Source of the DNA: a virus
DNA length: 64,000 bases
Direction: 5' to 3' (one strand)
Virus record (IMG/VR): IMGVR_UViG_3300049846_000848
Coordinates: 1-64,000 of that record
How positions within the stretch are numbered: position 1 is the stretch's first letter; the number at the start of each line of letters is the position of its first letter. A program made the translations under genes and the position numbers. A model generated the notes under the pieces. The model saw nothing but the letters and a program-made list of their open reading frames with translations, searched no databases and was not told where the DNA came from. Positions 63,191 to 64,000 of the stretch are shown here, piece by piece.

Positions 63191-64000
63191 ATGGCACAAC
63201 CTATATTTTTCGATCCCGAAGTAGTATCGATAGTACCCGACCTCGGTAACGTAGGCGACGGCGTACTAACGGTCACACTACTTACTCACTTTACTATTAG
63301 TCAAGTCTATACCATAACCTGCATCCAGCTTGTACCTAACCCCACATTCGCGGTAGTAGGTAGCTTAGATGGATCGGTAGGATTAGCTACTCAAGGTATT
63401 CAGTTTACCGATCAAGACATTAAGATAAGATTCATCATAACTGGCGGAGCTACTCCTTTCAATATCGGCGATAAGTTTACTGTTACCGTCCAACAAGGTA
63501 CTGATTTAAACGAAGCTAATATCAATCTATATGATGAACTACCGCAAAAGAACTTCTCATTAGATAATGACGATAACTTAAGATACGATAATACGACTAA
63601 GAAGTTCTCATTTAACGCCGATGAAGTAACTGATCCATTAAACTTCTTTGAGGGTAATGCCTTAGTACAGGCTAGGGACTTTGTTACTCACGGCGACTCA
63701 GCTTATCCGCATATAGTCCAGTCTAGTCAGAAAGAGACTAGCGACGAGACTCTATTTCGTAAGATTCTTAAGATCACGCCCAATACTGTAGCAGATACCG
63801 CAGTCAATGTATCGGGAGCTACTGTAACTAGGGCTGATGGTACTGTGATGTCTATTGTAGACACCTCAGGCGCTAGGATTAAGTTTACGGGCGGTACCAT
63901 TGATTTAGCTACCGGCACTGGTACGCTATGTAGGCCATTTACCCCAGCTACTCTTACTGCCGGACAGTATGTCATATATGGCATAGGCTTAAATAACGAT
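63191..64000 (+). CDS. tail fibre/baseplate protein, partial (runs off the window; absent from the ORF track)
   Basis: MAQPIFFDPEVVSIVPDLGNVGDG...GATPFNIGDKFTVTV..., open to the window end. Confidence 0.7.
   Translation, partial: MAQPIFFDPEVVSIVPDLGNVGDGVLTVTLLTHFTISQVYTITCIQLVPNPTFAVVGSLDGSVGLATQGIQFTDQDIKIRFIITGGATPFNIGDKFTVTVQQGTDLNEANINLYDELPQKNFSLDNDDNLRYDNTTKKFSFNADEVTDPLNFFEGNALVQARDFVTHGDSAYPHIVQSSQKETSDETLFRKILKITPNTVADTAVNVSGATVTRADGTVMSIVDTSGARIKFTGGTIDLATGTGTLCRPFTPATLTAGQYVIYGIGLNND

Noticed and set aside
1-64000. Stop-codon recoding (TAG), prompted by the high TAG content
   Set aside because: Conserved genes are full length under the standard code, and several end properly at TAG (for example terL and dut).
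1-64000. Prophage, integrase, repressor or tRNA genes
   Set aside because: No recombinase motifs, host genes or cloverleaf with a T-loop and CCA were found by eye; they could lie outside the window.

Overview
This window is 64 kb of a tailed dsDNA phage genome, siphovirus-like (HK97-fold capsid, tail tube, tape measure, no sheath gene seen). Genes are almost all on the + strand. No integrase, tRNA, CRISPR array or reverse transcriptase is visible. Gene order: a non-coding left end (1-1500); replication and recombination (SSB, primase-helicase, family A DNA polymerase, dNMP kinase, UvsY, RecA, SbcD, SbcC, RuvC); SLT, ClpP and a sigma factor; packaging, head and neck genes (17.3-32 kb); about 24 kb of nucleotide-metabolism, methyltransferase and small accessory genes; then the tail module (55.9 kb to the end). 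The most notable observation is two ORF-free segments of about 415-420 nt (81-494 on +, 1010-1429 on -). Each has a promoter positioned at a 5'/3' closing stem and many internal helices, and the second has pseudoknot-type crossings. They are candidate large structured ncRNAs flanking a basic 127-aa ORF. Also notable: an 8-copy CGTATAATTA late-promoter motif alongside a phage sigma factor; a Pro-initiated class-3-like mini-intein at the RNR active-site Cys; a C5-methyltransferase whose motif IX is encoded in an overlapping frame; and a -1 frameshift in the tail chaperone. All calls come from reading motifs and base pairings by eye; no database search or folding program was run.
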